From Chloropicon primus (taxonomy: Eukaryota): 64,000 bases of DNA. The stretch spans positions 1,240,001-1,304,000 of the forward strand of contig CP060754.1 of NCBI GenBank assembly GCA_023205875.1. Direction: 5' to 3'. The notes beneath the pieces are model-generated. The model was given only the letters and a program-made list of their open reading frames with translations, ran no database searches and was not told the origin of the DNA. The position numbers and the translations under genes were made by a program. Shown in pieces: positions 11,027 through 21,500 of the stretch (positions are counted from its first letter, which is position 1; each line of letters begins with the position of its first letter).

Positions 11027-11287
11027 CTTTCCCAAGCCCAAACGCAATCCTCTCCTGTCCCTAGAAAAACAATGAAACACAGAACACCAAAAACTTCAGC
11101 ATTTCTTTCACATCTCGGCTCATTCGAAAGCTCACGAGACGAATCATCCATCGGTACCGATGTCTTTGGCTTCCACCTCCGCCCTCGCCGCCTGGTCATG
11201 CTCCAAGTTGCCCTCCTCTTCTCACCTCGGTCGCCCAAGATCCAGTTGGATTTTGAAAATCGCCGGAGAGAGAGAGAGAGAGAGACG

Positions 11288-11443
11288 ATGGCGATGGCGA
11301 TGGAGGCGGTGAGGAAGTTGTTGATGCGAGGGGAAGGGTTACCCCTGGCGGTGAGGTGCATGAGGTCGGCGGCATCACAATCTGGGACAAAGCTCGTCGG
11401 TGAACCCTGCCATGGAAGGTTTCACGGGCAGCGGAACGTTTCC

Positions 11444-11483
<40 letters not shown>

Positions 11484-12304
11484 TGCAGGGGACGAGGGCG
11501 ACAAGGAGGAGCATGGTGGGTGAGGGGAAGGGCCGAGGAGGTTTGCTTGGAGGGTGGATCGAGGCGAGGGGTGGGGCGAGGGTGGAGCTTGTGAGGCACT
11601 ACAAGAACGAGAAGAGTTTCTACTGGCCGAACATAAAGAAGCACTGGGAGAGGGAAGAGCCGCCGGCCCTGGACGCGTTGGAGGTTTTGGGAATGCCAGA
11701 GGAGTACGTCAAAAAGGGAGCCTTTGACGACAAATACAAGAAGCCCGAAGGGAAGGAGATCAAGGTGAGCGTCCCCGCGGATCGACTCGAGGGGAAGGAG
11801 CAGCGGTTACTCAACGACGGACTCGTTTTTTGTTTTCGCTTTCAGGTATTTGCCGTGGTAGAGTTGGGGGGCAAGCAGTACAAGGTCTGTCCAAACGATT
11901 TGGTTTTCGTGGACAGCAGGGCTGACTTGGAGGTGAACGAGATCATCGAGTGCCAAAGAATTCTGCTTATTGGCAGCAAGGATGAGACCATCATCGGAAG
12001 GCCTTACGTGCCCAACACGTCCGTGGTCGCCGTCGTGGAGGTAAGCACTCGCCGAGCCGAGCGGTGCGGCACGGTGTGCCCCAACGAACGTGGACTAACT
12101 CTCTGTCTCTCTCCCCCCCTCCCTCCCTCTGTCGCTGTGCGCCTTCCCTTTCCACCGATGATGCACAAACAGTCCCAGTTCATGGAAGCGAAGAAGATCG
12201 TCTTCAAGAAGAAGAGGAGGAGCAACTACCGCAGGCACAACGGTTTTAGGCAAAAGCTCACGAGGCTGAGAATACTGTCGGTGAACGGCATCGAGGCCTC
12301 GTAG
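11288..12304 (+). CDS. RPL21: Organellar (probably mitochondrial) ribosomal protein bL21, exons 11288-11764, 11846-12040, 12173-12304
   Basis: VFAVVELGGKQYKV, IGRPYV, VFKKKRRSNYRRHNGFRQKLTRLRI; Arg-rich N-terminal presequence; two GT-AG introns. Confidence 0.9.
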
Positions 12305-12385
12305 GTCGAAAGAAGCTAGAAATGGTATGACGGCGAATGAAAGGAATAAATTAAAACTGAATTGCTTCATCTCATGATTAAGTAT

Positions 12386-14182
12386 TTACAAGCCATCTTT
12401 CCCTCTCAACTCCACCTGAAGGTCGTTTCGGTTGTCCTCCTTGATGAGCTCGTAGTAATCGCCGCCCACCTCGATGGGATCGGTCATCTTGATGTTCGGA
12501 ATCAAGACGAACGTCAGCGGAATGGTGAGCAGGGGCAAGAACATGTGGCAGATGAACAGCAGCTGGGGGAGGTTGCTGAAGTCGCAGTCACACTCCTCGT
12601 CGACGGAGGGCTTGCAAGCCGTCTTCACGCCCATCGCTGTGATCATGTATGCCCCGAGGCTCTGGCTCACGTTCTGACCCATGTTCTGCATCCCGGCGAG
12701 CAACGCGTAAATCGTGCTCTCGAGCCCCTTGGGGCAGACCTTTGAGGTCAAGACCACGGACGGCATGAAGTCCATCTGGTACACGATGTTGTAGATAACG
12801 GCGTCGCCAAACATGTACATCGTCTTGTCGCTGATGCCAATGTTAAGGTTCCAACGCTTGGCAATGCAAATGTCAAAGATGCTTCCGATCACCCTCACGA
12901 ACGTGGTCAGCCAGAACACTCTCCTGAAGTTCCAGTCCCTCATCCAGGCCTGGAACAGGACAACGCCCAACCAAGCCGCGACCGAGCCCACGATCACCGT
13001 GTACGTCGTGTAGTAGCTGAAGCTGAAGCTGGGCCCGTCGAAGCACTCCTTGCCCGCCGTGTAAAAGTAGTCCTGGGCTCCGTTCACCTGAATGTACAGC
13101 ACCTGGCAGAGGAACATGTAGATGTTGGCATTGCTTAGCACGGACGGCAAGGCCCAGCTCGAGCAGACGCAAAGCATCACGGAGGCGCCGAGGGAGTAGG
13201 CCAACTGCTGCCCCTCGGTGCCCACGAGGTGGACCACCCCAAGCAGCAGGGCGCTGAGCGCGGTCAGGAAAGCCATCACAAAGACCCTTGGCTTCTCCCT
13301 CATCTTCCGGGGCAGCATGGCGATCCAGACGGACAGCTTCTCCTTCTTCTCGATGTCCACCTGCGTGGCCTGCTCCAAGGCCGGCTTCACCTTCTCCTCC
13401 GGAAGGTAACCATTGTAGAGCGGGACCAGAAACTGCAACGCGAACGGAACCGCGCAGAGGTAAATGATCTTTGGCGAGTAGTTGTCGGAGATGGGTCCGA
13501 TGAACAAGCTCGCCGACAGGCACCCGAGCTGGTACACCCCCCAGACCCAGCTCACGAGGTCGCTGCTGGTCTCGGGCTTCTCCATCATCTTCTCGGCGTA
13601 CTTGCCTTCGCACAACAGGTCGGCGGTGGCCATGTCCAGGGAAGCGAAGAACAGGAGCAGCGCCGCGAAGAAGGCGGTGGCCTGGTTGATCTCAACGATT
13701 CCCAGGATTGCAAAGGACACCGCACCCACGAAGGTGCTGATGTACAGGTAGTACCTCTTGTTGTATCCCCGGATGGGATAGTTGTCGCTGATGAGGCCTA
13801 TCCAGGCCTTCATGGCCCAGGGGAGGCTCGACACCAGCTTGTACTTCTGGTACTCTATGCCGGTGATGCCGACGTACTTTTGAAAGTACGGGAGCTGGCC
13901 CGACATGACAAAGGTGTACAAGACGCCCTTCACCCCATAGTAGCACGACGTCAAAAGCACGATGAACTGCAGGGTGAAGTTGCCCACCAAGTTGTCCCAG
14001 TAGTTCTTGGAATACCTGGCCCACTCGAGGGGATTGTACAAGGAGCTCTTCGTCATGCCGTCCTCTTTTTTTGGGTTTTCTGGATTCTCGTTTTTGGTCT
14101 TGGTCTCAGTCTTGGCACTCTTCTCTCTTGGTTCCACTACTGCAGGCTCCTTCCCTGCTGGCCCTTGTGAAGGTGGTTCCAT
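12386..14182 (-). CDS. Folate-biopterin transporter (BT1/FBT family, MFS)
   Basis: LPWAMKAWIGLISDNYPIRGYNKRYY and CPKGLESTIYALLAG motifs; many transmembrane segments. Confidence 0.92.
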   Translation of the reverse strand: MEPPSQGPAGKEPAVVEPREKSAKTETKTKNENPENPKKEDGMTKSSLYNPLEWARYSKNYWDNLVGNFTLQFIVLLTSCYYGVKGVLYTFVMSGQLPYFQKYVGITGIEYQKYKLVSSLPWAMKAWIGLISDNYPIRGYNKRYYLYISTFVGAVSFAILGIVEINQATAFFAALLLFFASLDMATADLLCEGKYAEKMMEKPETSSDLVSWVWGVYQLGCLSASLFIGPISDNYSPKIIYLCAVPFALQFLVPLYNGYLPEEKVKPALEQATQVDIEKKEKLSVWIAMLPRKMREKPRVFVMAFLTALSALLLGVVHLVGTEGQQLAYSLGASVMLCVCSSWALPSVLSNANIYMFLCQVLYIQVNGAQDYFYTAGKECFDGPSFSFSYYTTYTVIVGSVAAWLGVVLFQAWMRDWNFRRVFWLTTFVRVIGSIFDICIAKRWNLNIGISDKTMYMFGDAVIYNIVYQMDFMPSVVLTSKVCPKGLESTIYALLAGMQNMGQNVSQSLGAYMITAMGVKTACKPSVDEECDCDFSNLPQLLFICHMFLPLLTIPLTFVLIPNIKMTDPIEVGGDYYELIKEDNRNDLQVELRGKDGL

Positions 14183-14537
14183 CTTGTCTCACTCTCTCTC
14201 TTACTCGTAGTCGTCTCGCACTCTTTCCGTAGGCCGTCGAGGACATCCACTGCATCAATGGCAGTCCCATCCCGACCCAAGGGCTTTAAGTACCCGCTCC
14301 TCATCCCAACCATCGATGGGAACACAAACACACACACAAACCTCCCTTCCCACTCCTCAAAGTCCCTCCCTTCCCGCCCCTCAAGACCTCTTGCCGCTCT
14401 CCTCCTATTTCCTTAAGTAAACCCCAAGGCGTCAAGGCGTCGTACAAGAAGAGTCGTCATCTGAGTGTACCATTTAGTGTACACTCTTTTCGGTGGAGAC
14501 CCTCCGATCCGAGGGAAGGGAAAAGGAGCAAAGGCCG

Positions 14538-14540
<3 letters not shown>

Positions 14541-14577
<37 letters not shown>
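14541..14577. repeat. (GA)n microsatellite between divergent BT1 and VPS41
   Basis: Seen directly. Confidence 0.95.
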
Positions 14578-14581
<4 letters not shown>

Positions 14582-14747
14582 GGACGGCAAAGAGCGGGAG
14601 AGGTCGAGGGAAGTGTTCTTCAGTGCGAAACTAGTTCTCAAGATCTTTCGATTGCTGCCTCACTTGACGGATTTGAAGGGCGGAGTGGTCGGCAACAGGC
14701 AGGGGAGGATCGGAGAAGCAGAGAGCGTTGTTTGTTGTTTTTTTTAG

Positions 14748-17501
14748 ATGGAGGAAGAGAGTCTACCGGAGGAGTATGTGAGGGAGTCTTCCTCCTCCTC
14801 CTCGGTGTCTGAGAGTACCGAGGAAGAGAATTCGAATTCGAACTCGTCGACGTCCGAGACGGAGGAGGAGGACACGGAACCCCTTCTCAAGTATCAGAGG
14901 CTCGGGACGAGCGTGCAAGAGTTGCTGGACTCAGACGGTGCGAGCTGCGTGTCCGTGTCGAGCAAAGTGATCGCGATAGGAACGCACATGGGACAGATCT
15001 TCTGCTTCGATCCGCTGGGACACATCGAGGTGAAGAAGTTCTCCTCCCACACGGCGACGGTGAATGAGATATGCACGGACGAGCACTGCGAGTACCTCGG
15101 GAGTTGCTCGGACGACGGCACGGTTGTCATCGTGGGGCTCTACAGCGACGAGAAGTTCAAGCAGGAGTACCGGAGGCCGGTGAAGACGGTGGCCCTGGAT
15201 CCCAAGTACAGGGCGAAGAAGTCGAGGCAGTTCGTGTCGGGGGGTCTGGCGGGCCAGCTGGTGCTGAACACCAAGGGCTGGCTGGGGAACAAGGACTACG
15301 CGTTGCACAGCGGGGAGGGGACGATCCACGCGGCGAGGTGGACCGGGTCGCTGATTGCCTGGGCGAACGACATTGGGGTCAGGATCTACGACTGCGTGTC
15401 CCACCAGTGCATCAAGTACATCAACAGGCCCAAGGGGAGCCCGAGGGCGGACTTGTTCAGGGCGTCGCTCTTCTGGCAGTCGGAGTCCCTCCTCATTGTG
15501 GGTTGGGCGGACAGCGTGACGATATTGAAGATAAGCGTCCAGGAGACTCCCATGGGGGATGCTTACTCGGGAGGCCAGCAGCAGGACTTTTACGGCGGCC
15601 GAGGGCGCAGCTCCTCCGCTTCCTCGTCGAACTCCCTGCCCGTGTTCAGGAACGTCCAGGTGGTGGCGAGCTTTCAGACGGACTACTACATTTCTGGCAT
15701 CGCTCCTTTCGGCCAAAACCTGGTGGCCCTCGCGTACGTGATTGACCAGGACGACAACATGCTCAAGCTGGCGGAGGTGCAGGACGGGGCCACCTACCAG
15801 AGGAGGAGGTCCACCGTCAAGGGCTCCCTGAGGCCGGAGGTGAGGGTCATCACCTGGATGAACGAGGAGCTCGCGAGCGATGCCCTGACGATCCACGGGT
15901 ACGAGCACTACAAGGCGAACGACTACCTGATGGCGAGCTACTACTCGGTTCCCCTGTCGAAGACGGACAACTTGTACGCCTCCACAAGCAGCGAGGGCAG
16001 CGGCGGCCAGGGCGAGCAGCAGCAGTCGCCCAAGGGCGTGGACAGCGAGCAGTGGTGGGTTGAGGGGGACGAGCCCATGTACTACATCGTGAGCCCGAGG
16101 GACATTGTCCTCGCGAGGCCAAGGGGGCCGGACGATAGGATACAGTGGCTCCTGGAGAACAAAAAGTTCGAGGAGGCTCTCGCCGTGCTCGAGACGAGCG
16201 AGGGGAAGAACCTCAAGGACTCCACGATGGAGCAGATAGGGTACAACTACCTCACGCACCTGTTTGAGGTGAAAGACTTTGCCAAGGCGGCCTCGTTGTG
16301 CCCCAAGCTGCTTTTCCAGAGGACGGCTCTGTGGGAAAGGTGGGTCTTGGAGTTTGCAAAGGTGCAGCAGCTTGCTCTGCTCTGCAGGTACATCCCGGTG
16401 GACAACCCGAGGCTCAGGCAGGCCGTGTACGACATGGTGATGAAAATATTCCTGCAGAGCGACCACGAGAACTTCCTTTACCTCGTCAAGTCCTGGCCGG
16501 CGGCGATCTACAACATGAAGGAGATCACGGACGCCTTGCTGGCGTACGAGGCGAGGAACTCCGCGAGCAGCACGCTCAGGGAGGCTCTGGCGGAGCTTTA
16601 CATCCTGCAGGACAGGAAGGACCTGGCCCTGGGAATCTTCCTCCAGCTGCAGAGGCCGGAGGTCTTTGACTTCATTGCGAGGCACAGGCTCCTGGCCGCC
16701 GTGCAGGACAAGATCGTGCTCCTCGTGCAGCTGGACTCCCAGCAGGCGATCGCGCTTTTGGTGGACCACAGCGACCAGATCACGCCAGACATGGTTGTGT
16801 CCCAGCTCAAGGAGGAGGAGACCAAGGCGGGTCAGAAGGCGGAGAGGGGGAAGCCCAACGTCCTCAAGTGGCGGATGTGGCTGCACCAGTACCTCCACCA
16901 GCTCTTTGAGTCCAGCCCAAACACCGGGACCCAGTACCACGCCATGCAGATCGAGCTCTACGCCGAGTTTGCTCCAAAGCTCCTGATGAACTTCTTGACC
17001 ACGTCGAACTCGTACCCCCTCGAGCTGGCCTACAAGATCTGCGAGAGCAAGGGCCTTTTCGACTGCCTGGTTTGGATTCTCGCGCGGATGGGAAACGCGA
17101 GGCAGGCCCTCCACCTGATCATGGAGAAGCTCGGGGACGTCCCGCAAGCGATAGAGTTCGTGAGGGCCCAGAGGGACGACGAGCTGTGGGAGGAGCTGAT
17201 CTCGATGAGCCTCGCCTCCCCAAGGATGGTCGGCACCCTCCTGGAGAGCATCGGCAGCCACCTGAACCCCCTGCGCCTCATTCACAGGATCCCCCTCGGC
17301 ATGCCCATACCGAACCTGCGGGACCGGCTGATCAAGATCATCACCGACTCGCGCACCCAGGCCAGCCTCATCCAGGGGTGCAACGACATCCTCAAGGCCG
17401 ACCGAGTGATGCTGCTGGAGAAACTTCACAACGACGCGCGGAGGGCCGTGCCGAGACACCAGCAGAAAGTCGTCGCCCCCCAGTCCCAGTACTACAAGTA
17501 A
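14748..17501 (+). CDS. VPS41: Vacuolar protein sorting 41 (HOPS subunit)
   Basis: EPLLKYQRL, WD40 propeller (SCSDDG, LHSGEG, IAWAND.GV), YYIVSPRDIVLA, clathrin-heavy-chain-like repeat. Confidence 0.95.
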   Translation: MEEESLPEEYVRESSSSSSVSESTEEENSNSNSSTSETEEEDTEPLLKYQRLGTSVQELLDSDGASCVSVSSKVIAIGTHMGQIFCFDPLGHIEVKKFSSHTATVNEICTDEHCEYLGSCSDDGTVVIVGLYSDEKFKQEYRRPVKTVALDPKYRAKKSRQFVSGGLAGQLVLNTKGWLGNKDYALHSGEGTIHAARWTGSLIAWANDIGVRIYDCVSHQCIKYINRPKGSPRADLFRASLFWQSESLLIVGWADSVTILKISVQETPMGDAYSGGQQQDFYGGRGRSSSASSSNSLPVFRNVQVVASFQTDYYISGIAPFGQNLVALAYVIDQDDNMLKLAEVQDGATYQRRRSTVKGSLRPEVRVITWMNEELASDALTIHGYEHYKANDYLMASYYSVPLSKTDNLYASTSSEGSGGQGEQQQSPKGVDSEQWWVEGDEPMYYIVSPRDIVLARPRGPDDRIQWLLENKKFEEALAVLETSEGKNLKDSTMEQIGYNYLTHLFEVKDFAKAASLCPKLLFQRTALWERWVLEFAKVQQLALLCRYIPVDNPRLRQAVYDMVMKIFLQSDHENFLYLVKSWPAAIYNMKEITDALLAYEARNSASSTLREALAELYILQDRKDLALGIFLQLQRPEVFDFIARHRLLAAVQDKIVLLVQLDSQQAIALLVDHSDQITPDMVVSQLKEEETKAGQKAERGKPNVLKWRMWLHQYLHQLFESSPNTGTQYHAMQIELYAEFAPKLLMNFLTTSNSYPLELAYKICESKGLFDCLVWILARMGNARQALHLIMEKLGDVPQAIEFVRAQRDDELWEELISMSLASPRMVGTLLESIGSHLNPLRLIHRIPLGMPIPNLRDRLIKIITDSRTQASLIQGCNDILKADRVMLLEKLHNDARRAVPRHQQKVVAPQSQYYK

Positions 17502-17679
17502 CGGAAGAAGAGAGAAGCTTCACAGCGAACGCGGCGCGGAGGGCCGTGCCGAGAAAGATAAGGCCTTTCGTTTATATTAATATATTTGATTTTTTCTTTT
17601 TAAGCTCCACAGAAACCTAACGGGCGAAACGCACGGGCCCCGGAATTTGGTTTTTCTCTTGCGTGCGTCGCCGGCGAAC

Positions 17680-18480
17680 ATGAGTGGACGCGGAGCAGGT
17701 TTTGGGGTGGGAGCGCGCCTCCCTCGGCCTCTTGCGTTTTTTTTCTTGGCCTCGCTCTTCCTTGCGACGACGGAGCGCGTCGGGGTACAGGGCTTGGGCG
17801 GAGGTTTCTCCCCTCCTCCCGGCGTTGACCCGGACCAGTTTGCGAAGATCGTACCTCTGTTCGTGGGAGGTTTGACCCAGTGCGGAGACTCGTCCTCGCT
17901 CATTAACGCCCTCAACGTGTACACGACGCACCAGGAGTTCATACAGATGGCCATCAAGTCCGTTGCCGAGCTTGAGAAAAGGGCGAAGCAGGCCAGCTCG
18001 ACGGGGGGCGAGACGTACGACAACCCTTTCGTGGAGGGTGCTCTGAGGATCCTGACGAGCGACGGGATGACGGAGTTGATCAAGGACGCCACTTTCGTGA
18101 AGTTGAGCGACTCTCTCAACCTCACTTGCGTCTTGAACAGGCCCGATATGCTGAAGCAGCTGAACACGAGCTCGGAGGAGAGCTACGAAAAAGCGCGCAG
18201 CCAGAAGAAAGACATCGACACGGTGACAAACTTCATCGAAGGGGGGCTTCTTGAGGACATGGCCCCAAGCATCGGCCCTGCTTTCGTAGAGTGCGGGGGG
18301 AACTTGAGGATTTTGATGCAGTTCGCCCAAGCGTTCTCCTATTTTATTATGGGAAACCGAATTGCGGACAGCCGAGACCAAACGTCGGGGGGGGGGTCCA
18401 ATCCCGCGCTTGACAAGTACGACAAGCTTTCGCCACAGGGGGTCTACACAACGTTCCAATGCGCGGACAGGGGCTTCTAG
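17680..18480 (+). CDS. Hypothetical secreted or membrane-anchored protein
   Basis: 266-aa ORF with coding-like codon usage and hydrophobic N-terminal segment LAFFFLASLFLA. Confidence 0.7.
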   Translation: MSGRGAGFGVGARLPRPLAFFFLASLFLATTERVGVQGLGGGFSPPPGVDPDQFAKIVPLFVGGLTQCGDSSSLINALNVYTTHQEFIQMAIKSVAELEKRAKQASSTGGETYDNPFVEGALRILTSDGMTELIKDATFVKLSDSLNLTCVLNRPDMLKQLNTSSEESYEKARSQKKDIDTVTNFIEGGLLEDMAPSIGPAFVECGGNLRILMQFAQAFSYFIMGNRIADSRDQTSGGGSNPALDKYDKLSPQGVYTTFQCADRGF

Positions 18481-18563
18481 TAGGTAACCCAACCAATTTC
18501 CTTTGTTACACCAGTTACACACACACACACACTCAATAAGTTTACAAAAAAGCCCTCCCCCTT

Positions 18564-21500
18564 TCACATGTTCAGAGACTGCTGGAGGATCGCGAGGAGC
18601 TGCGGGTGCCTCTCAAGCATCGGCTGCAGCTTTTCTGGGTTCTTCAGAAGGTCTGCAATAACCTCGGGCGTGAGATTCTCAGCGGACAAGCTCGCACTCG
18701 CTTCCTCTGCCCGATGAGTCGAGCTCACCGGCCCGCCCTCATGATGCTTCATATCGATGTCGCCGTAAAGATCCTCGCCATTTTCATGCTCCGCAGGACT
18801 TGCGCCTTGCGCCGCGGCATCCGTCGCCGGGATATCGGCATACAAATCGTCCTCGGCCATGAACACAGGTTTGGCATCAATTTGCATCTGATCACTCTCT
18901 GGGATTTCTCCGCCATCAAACCCGGGAGTGGGCGCCGCGCCCTCCGTTGCGCCGAGGGCGGCCCCGGGCCCGGATTTCACTTGCGTCGTCTCCTGACTTC
19001 TCGTCAAATCCCCACCATAGTCTGGCGCTACCCTCGACTTCTGCTCAACCTGAAGCGCCAGAGACCGCCTCCTTACCTCACTGTCCGAGTACCACCTGTT
19101 CTGCGCTTGAACTTCAGTTTCGCTTGCCATCGCATGCTCCTGCTCCTCAGGGTTAGCGGGGCAGGCCAGACTCTGAACGATGTTCCTGAGGTGCAGTCCC
19201 TGCGTCCTGAAGAAGCTCAGCTGGCTTCCATGCCGAGCTTCCTTGTACTTCGTCTCCAAAGCGGTTGGCTGAGGAGGCTCCTCCCCCTCATCGTCGCACA
19301 CATCGTCTGAATTCTGAGCTTCCAAGATCTCAGCCGCCTCGTTGATGTGCCCCTTCTGTTTCTCGCTCTCCATGCCGTTCGAAGTCGATCGCAAAAATCT
19401 TGCGGCAGACGTCAAAGCACTGGATGCGTTGATCACACCACCGCCCTGTGCCCCCTCTCCCGACCAGTACGCGTTTGTCTTCCACTGGGACGCCCCATTT
19501 CTCAAAGAAAACTGGCCTGGAATGTGGCGCGAGAGCAGAGCGAACACCCCAATCGCCTTTTCAGTCACCTCCTCTGGCAACACGCGCATTGCATCGAGCA
19601 TCGTGCTAACGAAACTCGATCCCTCGTCGACTGAGGGGCCGTCCTCCACAGCACGAACATACAAAGGGGCCTTTTCGTCCAGGCAGATATCAGTGTTGCA
19701 GAGGTTCTGAATCGTTTGCATGGCTTTCATCGGCAGGGCGCTCTCAGTAATGGCAGGCTCGCTCAGGAGAGGCTGCTTGAACACCGAAAGCATGATTGTG
19801 ATCGCGCCTGACTCAAGAAACACATTTTTGCACAGGGGATCACGGGACAGTGCCATGACGGCGTCGCAAAGGTTCTCCGCGCATCTGATTTCCAGATGAT
19901 CTTCGGATATGATCTCAAACTCCTGTTGAAGGAGTTCCAGAAGGCAAGATACTACAGCTCTCGCGAATTTTGGTCCCAAATGCACGACCTTCATGCAAAA
20001 CTCAAGCACCGGTGTCTTGATTTCCCTCAAGGAGTAAAAGACGCCTTGAGACAGGATTGAAACAATGCCTTCAGAGCAAGCCTCTGACACTTCATTCAGC
20101 TTCACTTGCAAGGACGACGAGTACTCTGACATCTCAAAAGGGATCAGCATGTTTGTCAGCTCAAGAGACCGAAGCAGCTCCACAAGATGGAGGTACTTTG
20201 CTACAGAGAATCCAATAGATCCCGCGGCTTGAGTCCCAAGGATCGCAATCGCGGCAGATGGCTTCACCTCTGACAGACTCCACTTCCTGAGGCAACTGGC
20301 GTAAGTGGCGGCTATCTCATCGGCGAGGCCTTGGCACTCACCGCTCGCCGGTGCGCAGGAATTGAGGACAACAACCTCGTAAGACCTGACGAACACTTTG
20401 TGGAAGCCACCCAAATCAAAATCCGCACGGAGAGATGCCAGGAAATCTAGACAAGCCTCAAACCCTTTCACGCAGGCATCCAACGCACTCAATAGAATCA
20501 CTGACGAGGCGTGCAAGCACGGTGTATCAAAGACGGAGCCATTCCAGGCTTCTGGCTGACACGTTTGTTGACCCATGGCCTCCTCGTGCACGAAACTCAG
20601 AACGTTTTTGAGGCTTTCAATAAAATCAGAGATGTTCAGAGCGGCGAACGCGGAGGTGCCCACCGGCACTCCCTTCGTCAAGGACGTAATTGCCTTGATA
20701 GCAAACACCATTCCATGGACTCTCGTCAGAGTTAGTGCAGCACTTTCGCCCATGTACCTTCGCAGTGCCAGCATTTCATCTCCATCTTGAACCACCGGGT
20801 TGATTTCTCGAAGAGAATCCATTTTGTAGGGGTGTGGGTAAAAGCCCTCCCTGCGGGCTCCAGAGGACACAAAGTCTTCCAAGGGCGTGAGGTATTTGGC
20901 AACCATGTCCACGTTCACGTCTTTGGACCTGAGTAGGAGTTGGTACACAGCTTCCGACGCGATCGATTGAACGTGGCTACTCTTTTCCCCGGGTGCGCCC
21001 ACTCGGCTCATGGTGAGATCAAGAACACATCTCAGCACAGAATCACATCCTCCGCCAGCCTCATGCAGCTGCGAGGAACAAGAAATAACCTTCTGTGCTA
21101 ACTCTAGAAACGTCCTTTCACTACCAAGGCCGTCACAGCTCTTGGCGGAGAGCGAGTCAAGCATGCAGAAGCACCTCACATACAAGTCCCATTTCTTGGC
21201 AGCGCTTGACATACTTCTACCATAGTACTTTGCCACTTCTGCCAAGCCCTCGCACAAGGCGTTGCATTCTCGAGTTCCTTTTGCCAACAGCACATCGAAA
21301 TACTGCGAACCTTCGAGGATTCTGCACATTTCTATGATAGTTGTTACAATGAAATCAGCTTTTGAAGTTTTCAACTTATCGGCACTCGCAGATGTACCGA
21401 CGATTGTTAAAATTGTGCTCATCGATGCTAGTCCTTTGCTTTCCAAGAGGCTCTGTATCAGAACCGCGTCAGAAGCAGGCACATCGAGGCTCTCCTGGCT

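Noticed and set aside
10541..11287. N-terminal half of the 587-aa ORF 10541-12304
   Set aside because: It is the antisense of IFT25 plus promoter sequence fortuitously in frame with bL21; the real start is 11288.
1..14182. METH and a folate transporter within 7 kb as a one-carbon gene cluster
   Set aside because: Six unrelated genes lie between them; proximity is expected by chance in a dense genome.
14931..17459. Very long antisense ORFs (842 aa here; also 4165-5736, 32795-34381, 39630-41033, 45692-47293, 59702-61480)
   Set aside because: They mirror well-supported genes on the other strand. Strong G/C-ending codon bias suppresses antisense stops, and the translations have no recognisable motifs.
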